54,009 bases of DNA from Bacteroidales bacterium. GTDB taxonomy: Bacteria > Bacteroidota > Bacteroidia > Bacteroidales > DASVHX01. Location of the stretch: NCBI GenBank assembly GCA_038246075.1, contig JBBRRV010000004.1:1-54009 (forward strand), given 5' to 3'. Below are positions 8,592 through 17,805 of the stretch, one piece after another. The first letter of the stretch is position 1; each line of letters begins with the position of its first letter. The translations under genes were made by a program, and so were the position numbers. The notes beneath the pieces were generated by a model, which was given only the letters and a program-made list of their open reading frames with translations, did not search any database and was not told where the DNA came from.

Positions 8592-10616
8592 TTATTTCCG
8601 CCTCTCGGCGAGTTCTTTCAAGGCATGCATTTCGTCGCGCAGGCGCGCGGCCTCATAAAAGTCAAGTTCTTTGGCCGCCTTTTCCATAGATCGGCGAGTC
8701 TGGGCGATCAATTTCTGCAACTGGTCGGCCGACATATAATTTACGACAGGATCGGCAGCTACATCAATATTTGGATTTTCGACATAAGGTTTAGGCCCCT
8801 TACCCAGGGAGTTGGCAACAGAAGTCTGGCCCATAATAGATTCCAGGCTTTTGCTGATTTGGGTCGGTGTGATGTTATTGGCCAGGTTATAGGCTGCCTG
8901 TTTCTCGCGTTTGCGGGTTGTTTCGTCGATGGTGCGCTGCATGGAAGATGTTACCTTGTCAGCATACATGATCACACGGCTGTTCAGGTTGCGGGCAGCC
9001 CGGCCTGCGGTTTGGGTAAGCGACCGCTCTGATCGCAGAAAGCCTTCCTTGTCGGCATCCAGGATGGCCACAAGCGATACTTCCGGCAGATCGAGGCCTT
9101 CGCGCAGCAGGTTAACACCAACGAGCACATCAAACTTGCCCAGTCGCAGGTCGCGCAGGATTTCAACGCGTTCAAGGGTGTCGACATCTGAATGGATATA
9201 CCGGCACTTGATATTAAGCCGCCCCATATACTTGGTGAGTTCTTCGGCCATGCGTTTGGTAAGCGTTGTGACTAATGTGCGCTCATTTAACTTAACCCTT
9301 TTGTCAATCTCATCAAGCAGGTCGTCGACCTGGTTCAGGCTGGGGCGCACTTCTATCAACGGTTCGAGTAAGCCTGTTGGCCGGATGAGTTGTTCAACAA
9401 TAATTCCTTCGGATTGCATTAACTCATAATCGGCAGGCGTAGCGCTGGCATATATGACCTGGTCCGTCATGACTTCAAATTCTTCGAATTTCAAGGGCCT
9501 GTTATCAATGGCTGATGGCAGCCTGAAACCATATTCCACAAGGGTGGTCTTGCGTGAGCGGTCGCCGCCATACATGGCCCTTACCTGTGGAATGGTAACA
9601 TGACTCTCGTCAATCACCATAAGGAAATCTTTTGGGAAATAATCGAGCAGGCAGAAGGGACGAGAGCCGGCAGCGCGTCCGTCGAAATAACGTGAATAAT
9701 TTTCGATCCCTGAGCAATAACCCAGTTCGCGCATCATCTCCATGTCATAGGTTACCCGATCCTCTAGCCGCTTTGCCTCCAGACCTTTTCCCGTTTCCCT
9801 GAAATAGTCCACCTGCTTCATCAGGTCATCCTGAATCTCGTAAATAGCACTTTTCATCTTATCCTTTGAGGTAACGAAAATGTTTGCCGGATAGATGGAC
9901 AGGTTATCAACAGTGTCAATGCGGCTTCCGCTTACAGGGTCAAAAGATTCAATCGCTTCTACATCGTCACCATAAAAAATAATGCGATACGCAATATCGG
10001 CATACGCCGGGAATACATCAACCGAATCTCCTTTTACCCGGAATGTTCCGCGTGAGAATTCAATATCGTTCCGTGAATAAAGACTTTCTACAAGTGAGTA
10101 TAGGAATTTACTTCTGCTAATGCGCTCTCCTGTAATAATGCGGATAACACTGCTGGCAAAATCTGCCGGATTACCGATGCCATAGATGCATGAAACAGAT
10201 GAAACCACAATGACATCACGGCGGCCGGAAAGCAATGCAGACGAAGCACTGAGCCGCAGTTTTTCAATTTCTTCATTTATTGACAGGTCCTTTTCGATAT
10301 AGGTATTTGTGGAGGGAATAAATGCTTCCGGTTGGTAATAGTCATAATAGGAAACAAAGTATTCCACTGAATTTTCAGGAAAGAACTGTTTGAATTCGCC
10401 GTAAAGTTGCGCAGCCAGTGTTTTATTGTGGCTCAGGATAAGCGTTGGACGTTGTACCTGGGCAATGACATTGGCTATGGTGAAGGTTTTTCCCGATCCG
10501 GTTACGCCAAGCAGGGTTTGCGCCTGTTCGCCCCTTTGCAGTCCTTCAACCAACTGTCGGATAGCATCCGGCTGGTCGCCGGTAGGATAGAAATCGGAAA
10601 TAAGCTTGAACTGCAT
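8592..10616 (-). CDS. uvrB: Excinuclease ABC subunit B
   Basis: PTGDQP, GVTGSGKT, YFVSYYDYYQPEA, DESH, C-terminal UVR domain. Confidence 0.99.
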   Translation of the reverse strand: MQFKLISDFYPTGDQPDAIRQLVEGLQRGEQAQTLLGVTGSGKTFTIANVIAQVQRPTLILSHNKTLAAQLYGEFKQFFPENSVEYFVSYYDYYQPEAFIPSTNTYIEKDLSINEEIEKLRLSASSALLSGRRDVIVVSSVSCIYGIGNPADFASSVIRIITGERISRSKFLYSLVESLYSRNDIEFSRGTFRVKGDSVDVFPAYADIAYRIIFYGDDVEAIESFDPVSGSRIDTVDNLSIYPANIFVTSKDKMKSAIYEIQDDLMKQVDYFRETGKGLEAKRLEDRVTYDMEMMRELGYCSGIENYSRYFDGRAAGSRPFCLLDYFPKDFLMVIDESHVTIPQVRAMYGGDRSRKTTLVEYGFRLPSAIDNRPLKFEEFEVMTDQVIYASATPADYELMQSEGIIVEQLIRPTGLLEPLIEVRPSLNQVDDLLDEIDKRVKLNERTLVTTLTKRMAEELTKYMGRLNIKCRYIHSDVDTLERVEILRDLRLGKFDVLVGVNLLREGLDLPEVSLVAILDADKEGFLRSERSLTQTAGRAARNLNSRVIMYADKVTSSMQRTIDETTRKREKQAAYNLANNITPTQISKSLESIMGQTSVANSLGKGPKPYVENPNIDVAADPVVNYMSADQLQKLIAQTRRSMEKAAKELDFYEAARLRDEMHALKELAERRK

Positions 10617-10675
10617 TTCATCGGGATTATATCCTGCAAAAATAACGATTTTGTCAGGAAGAATAGCTGAAGGCT

Positions 10676-10876
10676 TTACGCTAGGAGGATAAAATCATGA
10701 ACCCTTCCAACTTCACCAGTTTCCAGCCGCACTTTAATTCCGCGCGAATGGTTTGGTGAGCTGGTGAGGATATCCCTGACAACCCCTTCTGTTAACTGGC
10801 CGCTTCGCTGGTCTTTTTTGAGTATTATGCGAACCCGCAATCCGGGCTTAATATCTGAGCGTTTTGTACCATCCAT
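10676..10876 (-). CDS. YwbE-family small protein
   Basis: IKPGLRVRIILKKDQRSGQLTEGVVRDILT...H.RGIKVRLETGEVGRV. Confidence 0.88.
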   Translation of the reverse strand: MDGTKRSDIKPGLRVRIILKKDQRSGQLTEGVVRDILTSSPNHSRGIKVRLETGEVGRVHDFILLA

Positions 10877-10886
10877 AATCTTAAAC

Positions 10887-12008
10887 CTATTTATTGATAA
10901 CTTTTTGCTTATAAATCATCTTGACAACCACAGGTAGATGGTCTGAAAGACCTGTATTCACGGTATTGTGATCTTTGAAGACAAAACAAGGACTGGCCAT
11001 CACATAATCGATGCGCAGCGGAATGGAACTCTCTCCGTATGTCCGTCCGAAGCCTTTTCCACGCGAAACAAAGCTGTCGGTCAGTCCATGCCTGATCGTA
11101 TGTATGGCATAGGATTGCGGCGTGTCATTATGATCGCCGCAAACGATAACAGGATACGGGCTTTGGGCGATGCTGGCGCTGAGTATATCCGACTGGTTTG
11201 CCCTGATGATGAAAGCTGATTTTAACCTTTTCAAGATATGGACTGAGCGCCTGGGGATACCGCGTTTACCGCTCTCTGAAATACCATGCGTTGTGAGCAA
11301 TTCCTTTCCTTCATACAACTTGGTGGAGGCCAGGTGGATAGAATATACTCTTATCGTATCACTCCTGATCAGCAAATCGGCGAAGATGGCAAATGAATTT
11401 CCCTTCATGAGAACTTCTCCGCTACCTACCACAGGATAGGATGAAAGCAAACCAGCATCAGATAATTTGTACTTTTTGTCCGTATGATCTGATCCGGGGA
11501 AATAGTATTTCATCCCAAGTTCATGCGCCAGCTCAGGCAGCAAAGTGCTGCCATCCGGATTAAAGAAAGGCAAATCCTGCAGGCAGACGATCCGGGGTTT
11601 TGTATCCTGCAGGAATCTGAATATTTTTTTCTGAACAGCATTTTTTCGAACTCCATCGGGCAATCCACTGAAATCATGCACGTTGAATGAAACAAGGGTT
11701 ATATCGTTTTGCCTTTGCGAAGCAGGATTGTTATTCCATTGCCAATGCCGGCATAGCGGATTTATTCCAGCAAGAATGGTCACCAGAGAAAGCAAGGCAT
11801 ACCGTGGTCGTAATAATAGCCATAGCATTGATACAGCCAGGTTTGCAGTAACGATGATCGGAAATCCTAATCCAAAAAATGCAACAGGCCAGCAAACAAC
11901 AGGACTAAGATACGGTGCAAGGTAAGCCAGCAGTAAACTAAATACAAGGACGATATTACCCACCAGTAGCAGGAAAATAAGCGATTTCTTATTGAACAGC
12001 ATTTGCAT
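10887..12008 (-). CDS. Membrane-anchored endonuclease/exonuclease/phosphatase family protein
   Basis: N-terminal TM helices; SFNV, CLQD, HLAS, CGDHNDTP, RIDY, SDH motifs. Confidence 0.9.
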   Translation of the reverse strand: MQMLFNKKSLIFLLLVGNIVLVFSLLLAYLAPYLSPVVCWPVAFFGLGFPIIVTANLAVSMLWLLLRPRYALLSLVTILAGINPLCRHWQWNNNPASQRQNDITLVSFNVHDFSGLPDGVRKNAVQKKIFRFLQDTKPRIVCLQDLPFFNPDGSTLLPELAHELGMKYYFPGSDHTDKKYKLSDAGLLSSYPVVGSGEVLMKGNSFAIFADLLIRSDTIRVYSIHLASTKLYEGKELLTTHGISESGKRGIPRRSVHILKRLKSAFIIRANQSDILSASIAQSPYPVIVCGDHNDTPQSYAIHTIRHGLTDSFVSRGKGFGRTYGESSIPLRIDYVMASPCFVFKDHNTVNTGLSDHLPVVVKMIYKQKVINK

Positions 12009-12028
12009 ACAGCGCGTAATTGGTTAGT

Positions 12029-13192
12029 CTAACGGGGATGATTCCGCATCAGCAGAGTGGTTACAGGGTAATGATCGGAATATTCAGCCTTGATGGTGCG
12101 GAACTGATAAGCCGAAAATGCTGTATCATGAAAAATATAGTCTATCCTGTAAGCCGGAAGTATACCGCTGTATGATTTCCCTATTCCAATACCTGCATCA
12201 ACAAAGGAATCTTTTAGTTTTTGGGCCACCTTATGGTAGGCATAGGAAGAAGGCGTATCGTTAAAATCGCCGCAAAGGATCACAGGGTAAGGTGATTTTT
12301 CAATCTCTGTTCTCACGGCCCTTACTTGCTCAGCTCTCTTGCTGTATGCCGTTCGCATTTTTCCGAATATCTTTAGCGATCCCTTACTTATACTGTGGTT
12401 CTCGGTCTTGTTGGCGGCAAGGTCTGAAACAAACAGATAATCCTCACGACCAAGGCGTATTGACTCAAGATGTGTATTGATCACCCGCACTGTATCTGCT
12501 CCGATGAGCACATCGGAATAGATGCAGAAATTATATTCTGAAGTATGGCTTGTAACGGCCTTGTTATTGATGATCGGAAAACGGCTGAAAATGGCAATGC
12601 CAAATGGTGTCATGCCCTTTTTATTCCTGATGTACGACACATGGTAATACTTCGCCTGCTGAAAAGTGAGTAACGTATCCATTACTTTAAAATGACGCTT
12701 GTCACCCTTGTAAAATTCCTGAAAACAGATTATATCAGGCGCTTCGGCATTTATCAGATCAAATATTTTATCGCGGGTTACCCTTGATTTACTGTCCTTC
12801 CAATTGTACAGATCGAATAAGCGCACATTATAGGACATTACCTTAATTTTAGGGTGCTTATGCGCTAGATCCTCATGGCTGTTAAATCTGATGTGCGTAA
12901 GAAGATGCGGCCATCCAAGCGCAATTGCCAGCAGCGAAACAATGAAATATTTCCGGACGAGGATAACCCAGAAAATCACAAACAACAGGTTAATAATGAC
13001 CAGGATAGGGTAGGCCAGCCCGATAAAGGCAACAGGCCAGAAAACATCGGGGGGTACATATGCAGCAAGATAGGAAATCAGCAGCGGAATGACTGCCAAT
13101 GTATTCAGCAATAAAAACAGTTTGACAGGAATGGAGACTTTGCGCATTTTCCTGACTCCCGCCGATTTGTTTTTTTGCTTCTGTTTCTCCAT
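12029..13192 (-). CDS. Membrane-anchored endonuclease/exonuclease/phosphatase family protein
   Basis: N-terminal TM helices; SYNV, CFQE, HLES, CGDFNDTP, RIDYIF, SDHYP motifs. Confidence 0.92.
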   Translation of the reverse strand: MEKQKQKNKSAGVRKMRKVSIPVKLFLLLNTLAVIPLLISYLAAYVPPDVFWPVAFIGLAYPILVIINLLFVIFWVILVRKYFIVSLLAIALGWPHLLTHIRFNSHEDLAHKHPKIKVMSYNVRLFDLYNWKDSKSRVTRDKIFDLINAEAPDIICFQEFYKGDKRHFKVMDTLLTFQQAKYYHVSYIRNKKGMTPFGIAIFSRFPIINNKAVTSHTSEYNFCIYSDVLIGADTVRVINTHLESIRLGREDYLFVSDLAANKTENHSISKGSLKIFGKMRTAYSKRAEQVRAVRTEIEKSPYPVILCGDFNDTPSSYAYHKVAQKLKDSFVDAGIGIGKSYSGILPAYRIDYIFHDTAFSAYQFRTIKAEYSDHYPVTTLLMRNHPR

Positions 13193-13222
13193 AATGAATT
13201 GTAACTTCCCTTAGAGAAAGGC

Positions 13223-14161
13223 TTAAGACTTATTGCTTGTTTTGAAAAGAAATTCTTTTTCTTCTTTGGTCAGGCTAGAATAACCGGATCGTGAGATCTT
13301 TTCAAGGATGATATCGATCTGTTTTTGTTTTTCCGCACGTTGCTGATTGTAGGTATAATCATTCACGGGTTTCGGCGAAACATGAACCTTCTTAAACCGC
13401 GTACGATGTGGATTATTTCCTGGTATCAGGGCGGAAAGCCATTTCAGTGAAAATAGTTTTGCAGGATCAATGCCTTTCTTCAGCATCATGGCATAGGAAA
13501 GACCCCACATAGCACCGCCAAGGTGTGCAAATTGCCCTCCGGCATTGCCTGAGCGGAGCATTGCAACATCCAGGATTACGGATGCTATCGCTATATATTT
13601 GATTTTTACCGGCCCAAGGAAAATGAGGTTGATCGTGTAATCGGGAACAAAAGCCGACACACATACAACGATGGCCAATACAGAAGCCGATGCTCCTAAT
13701 GCCACGGATACTGGAAGAACCTGCTGAAAAACCGGGAATATATTATAGGCAAGGATGAAGATGAAAGCTCCTGTAAGCCCGCCCAGAATGTATGTCGAAA
13801 CCATTTGCCTGTCTGAAAGAAATTCAAGGAAGATCTGACCAAACCAATAGAACCAAAGCATATTGAACAGGATATGCATGAACTCAACATGCAAAAACAT
13901 GTAAGTAAATATAGTATATGGTTTCAGGACTAACACATCGAGGCTGGCCGGAACAGCTAACCAGCTAACCAAAGCATCCACCCATGGCGTATAGCCCATT
14001 GCCGTCGCCGGTGCACCCTCCGTATTGAAAAGAAAAGCCAGCAGCTGAACAAGAAATAAAATCAGCCATACTGCCAGGTTGATACCTATGAGGTAGAGCA
14101 ATGCTGACCGGCTGCGCAGGAATGATGCAAATGGGTTGACAAAAGTCTGATTCTGATACAT
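13223..14161 (-). CDS. Rhomboid intramembrane serine protease with C-terminal DUF6576-like tail
   Basis: TYMFLH, HILFNM, GASA, AHLGG; tail IDIILEKISRSGYSSLTKEEKEFLF. Confidence 0.93.
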   Translation of the reverse strand: MYQNQTFVNPFASFLRSRSALLYLIGINLAVWLILFLVQLLAFLFNTEGAPATAMGYTPWVDALVSWLAVPASLDVLVLKPYTIFTYMFLHVEFMHILFNMLWFYWFGQIFLEFLSDRQMVSTYILGGLTGAFIFILAYNIFPVFQQVLPVSVALGASASVLAIVVCVSAFVPDYTINLIFLGPVKIKYIAIASVILDVAMLRSGNAGGQFAHLGGAMWGLSYAMMLKKGIDPAKLFSLKWLSALIPGNNPHRTRFKKVHVSPKPVNDYTYNQQRAEKQKQIDIILEKISRSGYSSLTKEEKEFLFKTSNKS

Positions 14162-14167
14162 ATTTGT

Positions 14168-14920
14168 TTAATAAGAATTCTGATCAGGATGTTTCTTCCA
14201 GTAGACAATCATAAAATACCCGAACAACATGCCACCGAGGTGTGCAAAATGAGCCACATTACTTCCTGTATAATATACGCCCGAAAACAACTCTATGGCG
14301 CCGTAAATGACTACGAACCATTTGGCTTTCATGGGAATAAAAAAGTAAATATATATCAATGAATTGGGAAACATCATTCCAAAGGCAAGCAACAATCCAA
14401 AGACCGCTCCCGAGGCCCCGATGGTGGTCAGATTGTATAATGCATTAAGCTTGCCCATCAAAGGATCGCCGAAGTTTTGGTTGTTCTGATAGATCTGGTA
14501 ACCAGTTTCACGAACCTGGGCAATCTGCTCGGGGGTTAAACTCAATTCTGCATAATAAACCTGAACATAAATGACCAATAACTGGATCAGCGCAGCGCCG
14601 ATGCCGGTTACCATATAATAAATTAAAAACCGCTTTGGGCCCCAGTAATTTTCCAGCACATTTCCAAACATCCATAACGCAAACATGTTGAAAAGGATAT
14701 GCGAAAAATTCCCATGCATGAACATATAGGTTACAAGCTGATAAGGCTGGAATGCATCGGACCGGAAGTAATGCAGCCCCAGTATTTCCGTTAGATCAAC
14801 ATTGAAAATTCTGCCGAATGTATTGGTGGCCAGGAAAAACAATCCATTCAGGATCAGTAGATTTTTAACGACCGGTGGAAGAACCCTGAAACCTGTGGGC
14901 TGAAATTGTCCGTTATTCAT
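14168..14920 (-). CDS. Rhomboid intramembrane serine protease
   Basis: TYMFMHG, HILFNMFALWMFG, GASGAVFG, AHFAHLGG; ATG at 14920 preferred over TTG at 14926. Confidence 0.94.
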   Translation of the reverse strand: MNNGQFQPTGFRVLPPVVKNLLILNGLFFLATNTFGRIFNVDLTEILGLHYFRSDAFQPYQLVTYMFMHGNFSHILFNMFALWMFGNVLENYWGPKRFLIYYMVTGIGAALIQLLVIYVQVYYAELSLTPEQIAQVRETGYQIYQNNQNFGDPLMGKLNALYNLTTIGASGAVFGLLLAFGMMFPNSLIYIYFFIPMKAKWFVVIYGAIELFSGVYYTGSNVAHFAHLGGMLFGYFMIVYWKKHPDQNSY

Positions 14921-14946
14921 AGTCAATTATAGATTAAAAAATATTA

Positions 14947-16797
14947 TTATTTGAACCTGCGTTCCAGTTCCTCAAAGGATATGATCCTGAGTGCAGGACT
15001 TCCATCAGGTGCAGCGTCGGGAATGCGGCAAGCAAAGAGTTCACCGAGTATCGTCTGCATCTCCTGGGGTTGCAGTGGCTTCCCTGCGCGTATGGCCAGG
15101 TTATTCGCCAAAGCACGAGCTAAATTAACCTTTTTATCAATGTTAAGTTCAGTGCGGTTGGTCTTGAAATTTTCGATCACCTTCTCCAGTAGCTTTCCAG
15201 GATCTTCATCCGGGAAGTCGGCAGGAACACCGTTGACAACAAATGAGTTTTGTCCAAAATCGGTCAGATCGAAGCCCAGGAGCCTGATATCATCCTGCAA
15301 TTCTGTGATAATGCCCGCATCGGTAGCCGAAAAATGCACTGTTTGCGGGAAAAGACTCTGTTGTGTACCTACATGTGTTTGCTCAAAGCGCGACATAAAT
15401 TTTTCAAACAGGATCCGTTGGTGGGCTTTATGCTGATCCACGATCACCAATCCCGATTTTACGTTTGATAATATATATTTATTCTGAAGCTGAATGAGCG
15501 GCCGCCAACCTTCGCCGTTTGCCTTGGCTTCAAAGTCGGCTTCAACCAGTTGGGGCGGAAGGGGAAACGTGTCATCAAATTGTCTGCTGGGTTGCATGGG
15601 AGCCTGTGAACTGGCAGAGGGGTAAAGTTTTTCCCAATTCTCCGGAGTGTTGCCCGGGCGGGTAGGTCCGCCCTGTAAAGGCACCGATCGCTGATCAAAA
15701 GGATTGTAGTCAGGATCTACCTTAATAGATGGCGCTATGATGGGACGGTTAGCCGGGAAATTCACTTCCATGCTGGTTTCCGTCTCAAAATCAATGGTGG
15801 CAGATATGCTGAACTTTCCAAGTGCATGGCGGATCGCTGCCCTCAACGAAGCATAAATGATCTGCGAATTCTGGAAATTGACTTCTGTCTTGGTTGGGTG
15901 AATGTTGATATCAATTGTTTGCGGGTCAACTCCGATATATAGAAAGTACATAGGGAAAGAACCGACCGGAACAAGTTCCTGGTAAGCATTTTCAACCGAA
16001 TGATGCAGATAGGGATGTCGGATAAACCGGTTGTTGGCAAAGAAATATTGTTCCCCCCTTGTCTTGCGCGCATATTCAGGTTTACAAACAAATCCGGAAA
16101 TGGTTACCTGGTCGGTTGTGAGTTCGACCGGAACTAATTTTTCACTCAGTGTTGGACCAAAAAGCGCCAGAATACGCTGTTTCAGATTGGAACTGTCGAG
16201 TTGAAAAACCAGTTTAGAATCCTGATGCAGTGAGAATTCAATTTCGGGATTCACCAAAGCTACACGTTCGAATTCCTCGATGATATGCCGCAATTCCACG
16301 TTATTGGATTTTAAGAAATAGCGGCGGGCAGGCACATTGAAGAACAAATTTTTAACCGATACGGTTGTTCCTACCGGACATGAACAAGGCGATTGTGACT
16401 TTATCCGGGAGCCTTCGATTTCCAGACAGGTGCCCAATTCCGACTCTTCCTTCCGCGATTTTAGTTCTACATGGGCTATTGCTGCAATCGATGCCAGCGC
16501 TTCGCCCCTGAAACCCAGGGTATGGATGGCAAACAGATCTTTGGCTTCTTTGATCTTGGAAGTGGCATGTCGTTCAAAACTCATGCGGGCATCCGTTTCG
16601 GACATGCCGGAACCGTTATCGGTAACTTGTATGAGTGCTTTCCCTGATTCTTTTACGATAAGCCTGATGATGGAGGCACCAGAATCTATTGCATTTTCAA
16701 GCAATTCCTTTACCGCTGAAGCTGGGCGCTGTATCACCTCGCCGGCAGCTATCTGGTTGGCTACCGAGTCAGGCAACAACCTGATTACATCTGGCAT
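14947..16797 (-). CDS. mutL: DNA mismatch repair endonuclease MutL
   Basis: ANQIAAGEVIQRPASAVKELLENAID, GFRGEAL, DQHKAHQRILFE endonuclease motif. Confidence 0.98.
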   Translation of the reverse strand: MPDVIRLLPDSVANQIAAGEVIQRPASAVKELLENAIDSGASIIRLIVKESGKALIQVTDNGSGMSETDARMSFERHATSKIKEAKDLFAIHTLGFRGEALASIAAIAHVELKSRKEESELGTCLEIEGSRIKSQSPCSCPVGTTVSVKNLFFNVPARRYFLKSNNVELRHIIEEFERVALVNPEIEFSLHQDSKLVFQLDSSNLKQRILALFGPTLSEKLVPVELTTDQVTISGFVCKPEYARKTRGEQYFFANNRFIRHPYLHHSVENAYQELVPVGSFPMYFLYIGVDPQTIDINIHPTKTEVNFQNSQIIYASLRAAIRHALGKFSISATIDFETETSMEVNFPANRPIIAPSIKVDPDYNPFDQRSVPLQGGPTRPGNTPENWEKLYPSASSQAPMQPSRQFDDTFPLPPQLVEADFEAKANGEGWRPLIQLQNKYILSNVKSGLVIVDQHKAHQRILFEKFMSRFEQTHVGTQQSLFPQTVHFSATDAGIITELQDDIRLLGFDLTDFGQNSFVVNGVPADFPDEDPGKLLEKVIENFKTNRTELNIDKKVNLARALANNLAIRAGKPLQPQEMQTILGELFACRIPDAAPDGSPALRIISFEELERRFK

Positions 16798-16994
16798 AGG
16801 TTAAAAGATAAGGAAGATATGAATAAGTAATTTCAGAATTGTCCGGGCCAGACTGTTTTGAATCCAGGAATTCTCTGCAGGCATGGCTTTATACAACAAA
16901 GGTATCGATAAATTCGGCTTCATGGTTGGCCTTAGTCTTCAAACGATCAACAAACCATCCGATACCATAAAATTAAAGATGCGAATTATAAAAC

Positions 16995-17024
16995 AAAAAA
17001 CTCCGTCGGACAACGGAGTTTTTT
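16995..17024 (-). terminator. Intrinsic terminator (bidirectional form)
   Basis: AAAAAACTCCGT-CGGACA-ACGGAGTTTTTT. Confidence 0.85.
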
Positions 17025-17045
17025 CAATTGAATTTTATTTAGAAA

Positions 17046-17573
17046 CTACGAACGTGCCAATTGTGGAAACTTTTGGGTGATAAAATAAAATCCTCCAAAG
17101 AACACAGTATTGTAAACAAGGTCACCTAAAATGCCATTGTTGAGAAAAGGCAGCCCGGCAGCATAACATTCAATGAGCCCGACTATATTCATTGGGTAAG
17201 GCATCATACCAGATTGCCATGCAGCAAAATTGGTGACCAGGAAAAACAGCAGCGACGAAACCAGGGATGCAGATAATACGGTGAATACGCCTATGCGCTT
17301 GCGCAGCAGGAATCCAATACCGACGATAAGTGCGAAACTCAGGTAAACGGCCAGCATCGTCTGGTGAAAGCCCAGAAATAAGTCGCTGAGTAGCATCGCC
17401 GCCAATGGAATAATAAATGCAAGGTGTTTGCGGCCAATGTACGTTCCTCCGAAAAGGGCAATAGCAGCTATGGGTGTGAAATTAGGCCAGTGTGGGATAA
17501 GCCTCACAAAAGCTGCCGTGAAAATTACGGTGAAAATAAGAAGAAACCTTGGGGTTACTAATGTTTTGCTCAT
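17046..17573 (-). CDS. DUF6580-type putative transport membrane protein (S-component-like)
   Basis: RLIPHWPNFTPIAAIALFGG, SSLLFFLVTNF, CYAAGLPF..N.I.GDL; start moved to MSKT because a TAAATTTG promoter lies at ~17606-17613 on -. Confidence 0.8.
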   Translation of the reverse strand: MSKTLVTPRFLLIFTVIFTAAFVRLIPHWPNFTPIAAIALFGGTYIGRKHLAFIIPLAAMLLSDLFLGFHQTMLAVYLSFALIVGIGFLLRKRIGVFTVLSASLVSSLLFFLVTNFAAWQSGMMPYPMNIVGLIECYAAGLPFLNNGILGDLVYNTVFFGGFYFITQKFPQLARS

Positions 17574-17805
17574 TGTATGCAGATTAAATATTTTATAATT
17601 ACGATGCAAATTTATGAAATTCAGATATACTTTTGTCAACAATATGTTGAAATATGAACAGGGTTACGAACAACTCTTTCCATGGTCACGATCACAATTC
17701 AATTTCCTCGTTAAATAACGTTTAAGCTTCCAAATTGTTTGCACTAACAAGAGGGCTTGTATTAATGCTATTTTTGCAAATATAATCTTAAAATATCTTC
17801 CCGCG

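Noticed and set aside
17574-17805. Cobalamin/FMN riboswitch upstream of the DUF6580 transporter
   Set aside because: The promoter lies ~30 nt from the start codon, leaving no room, and no conserved aptamer motifs are visible
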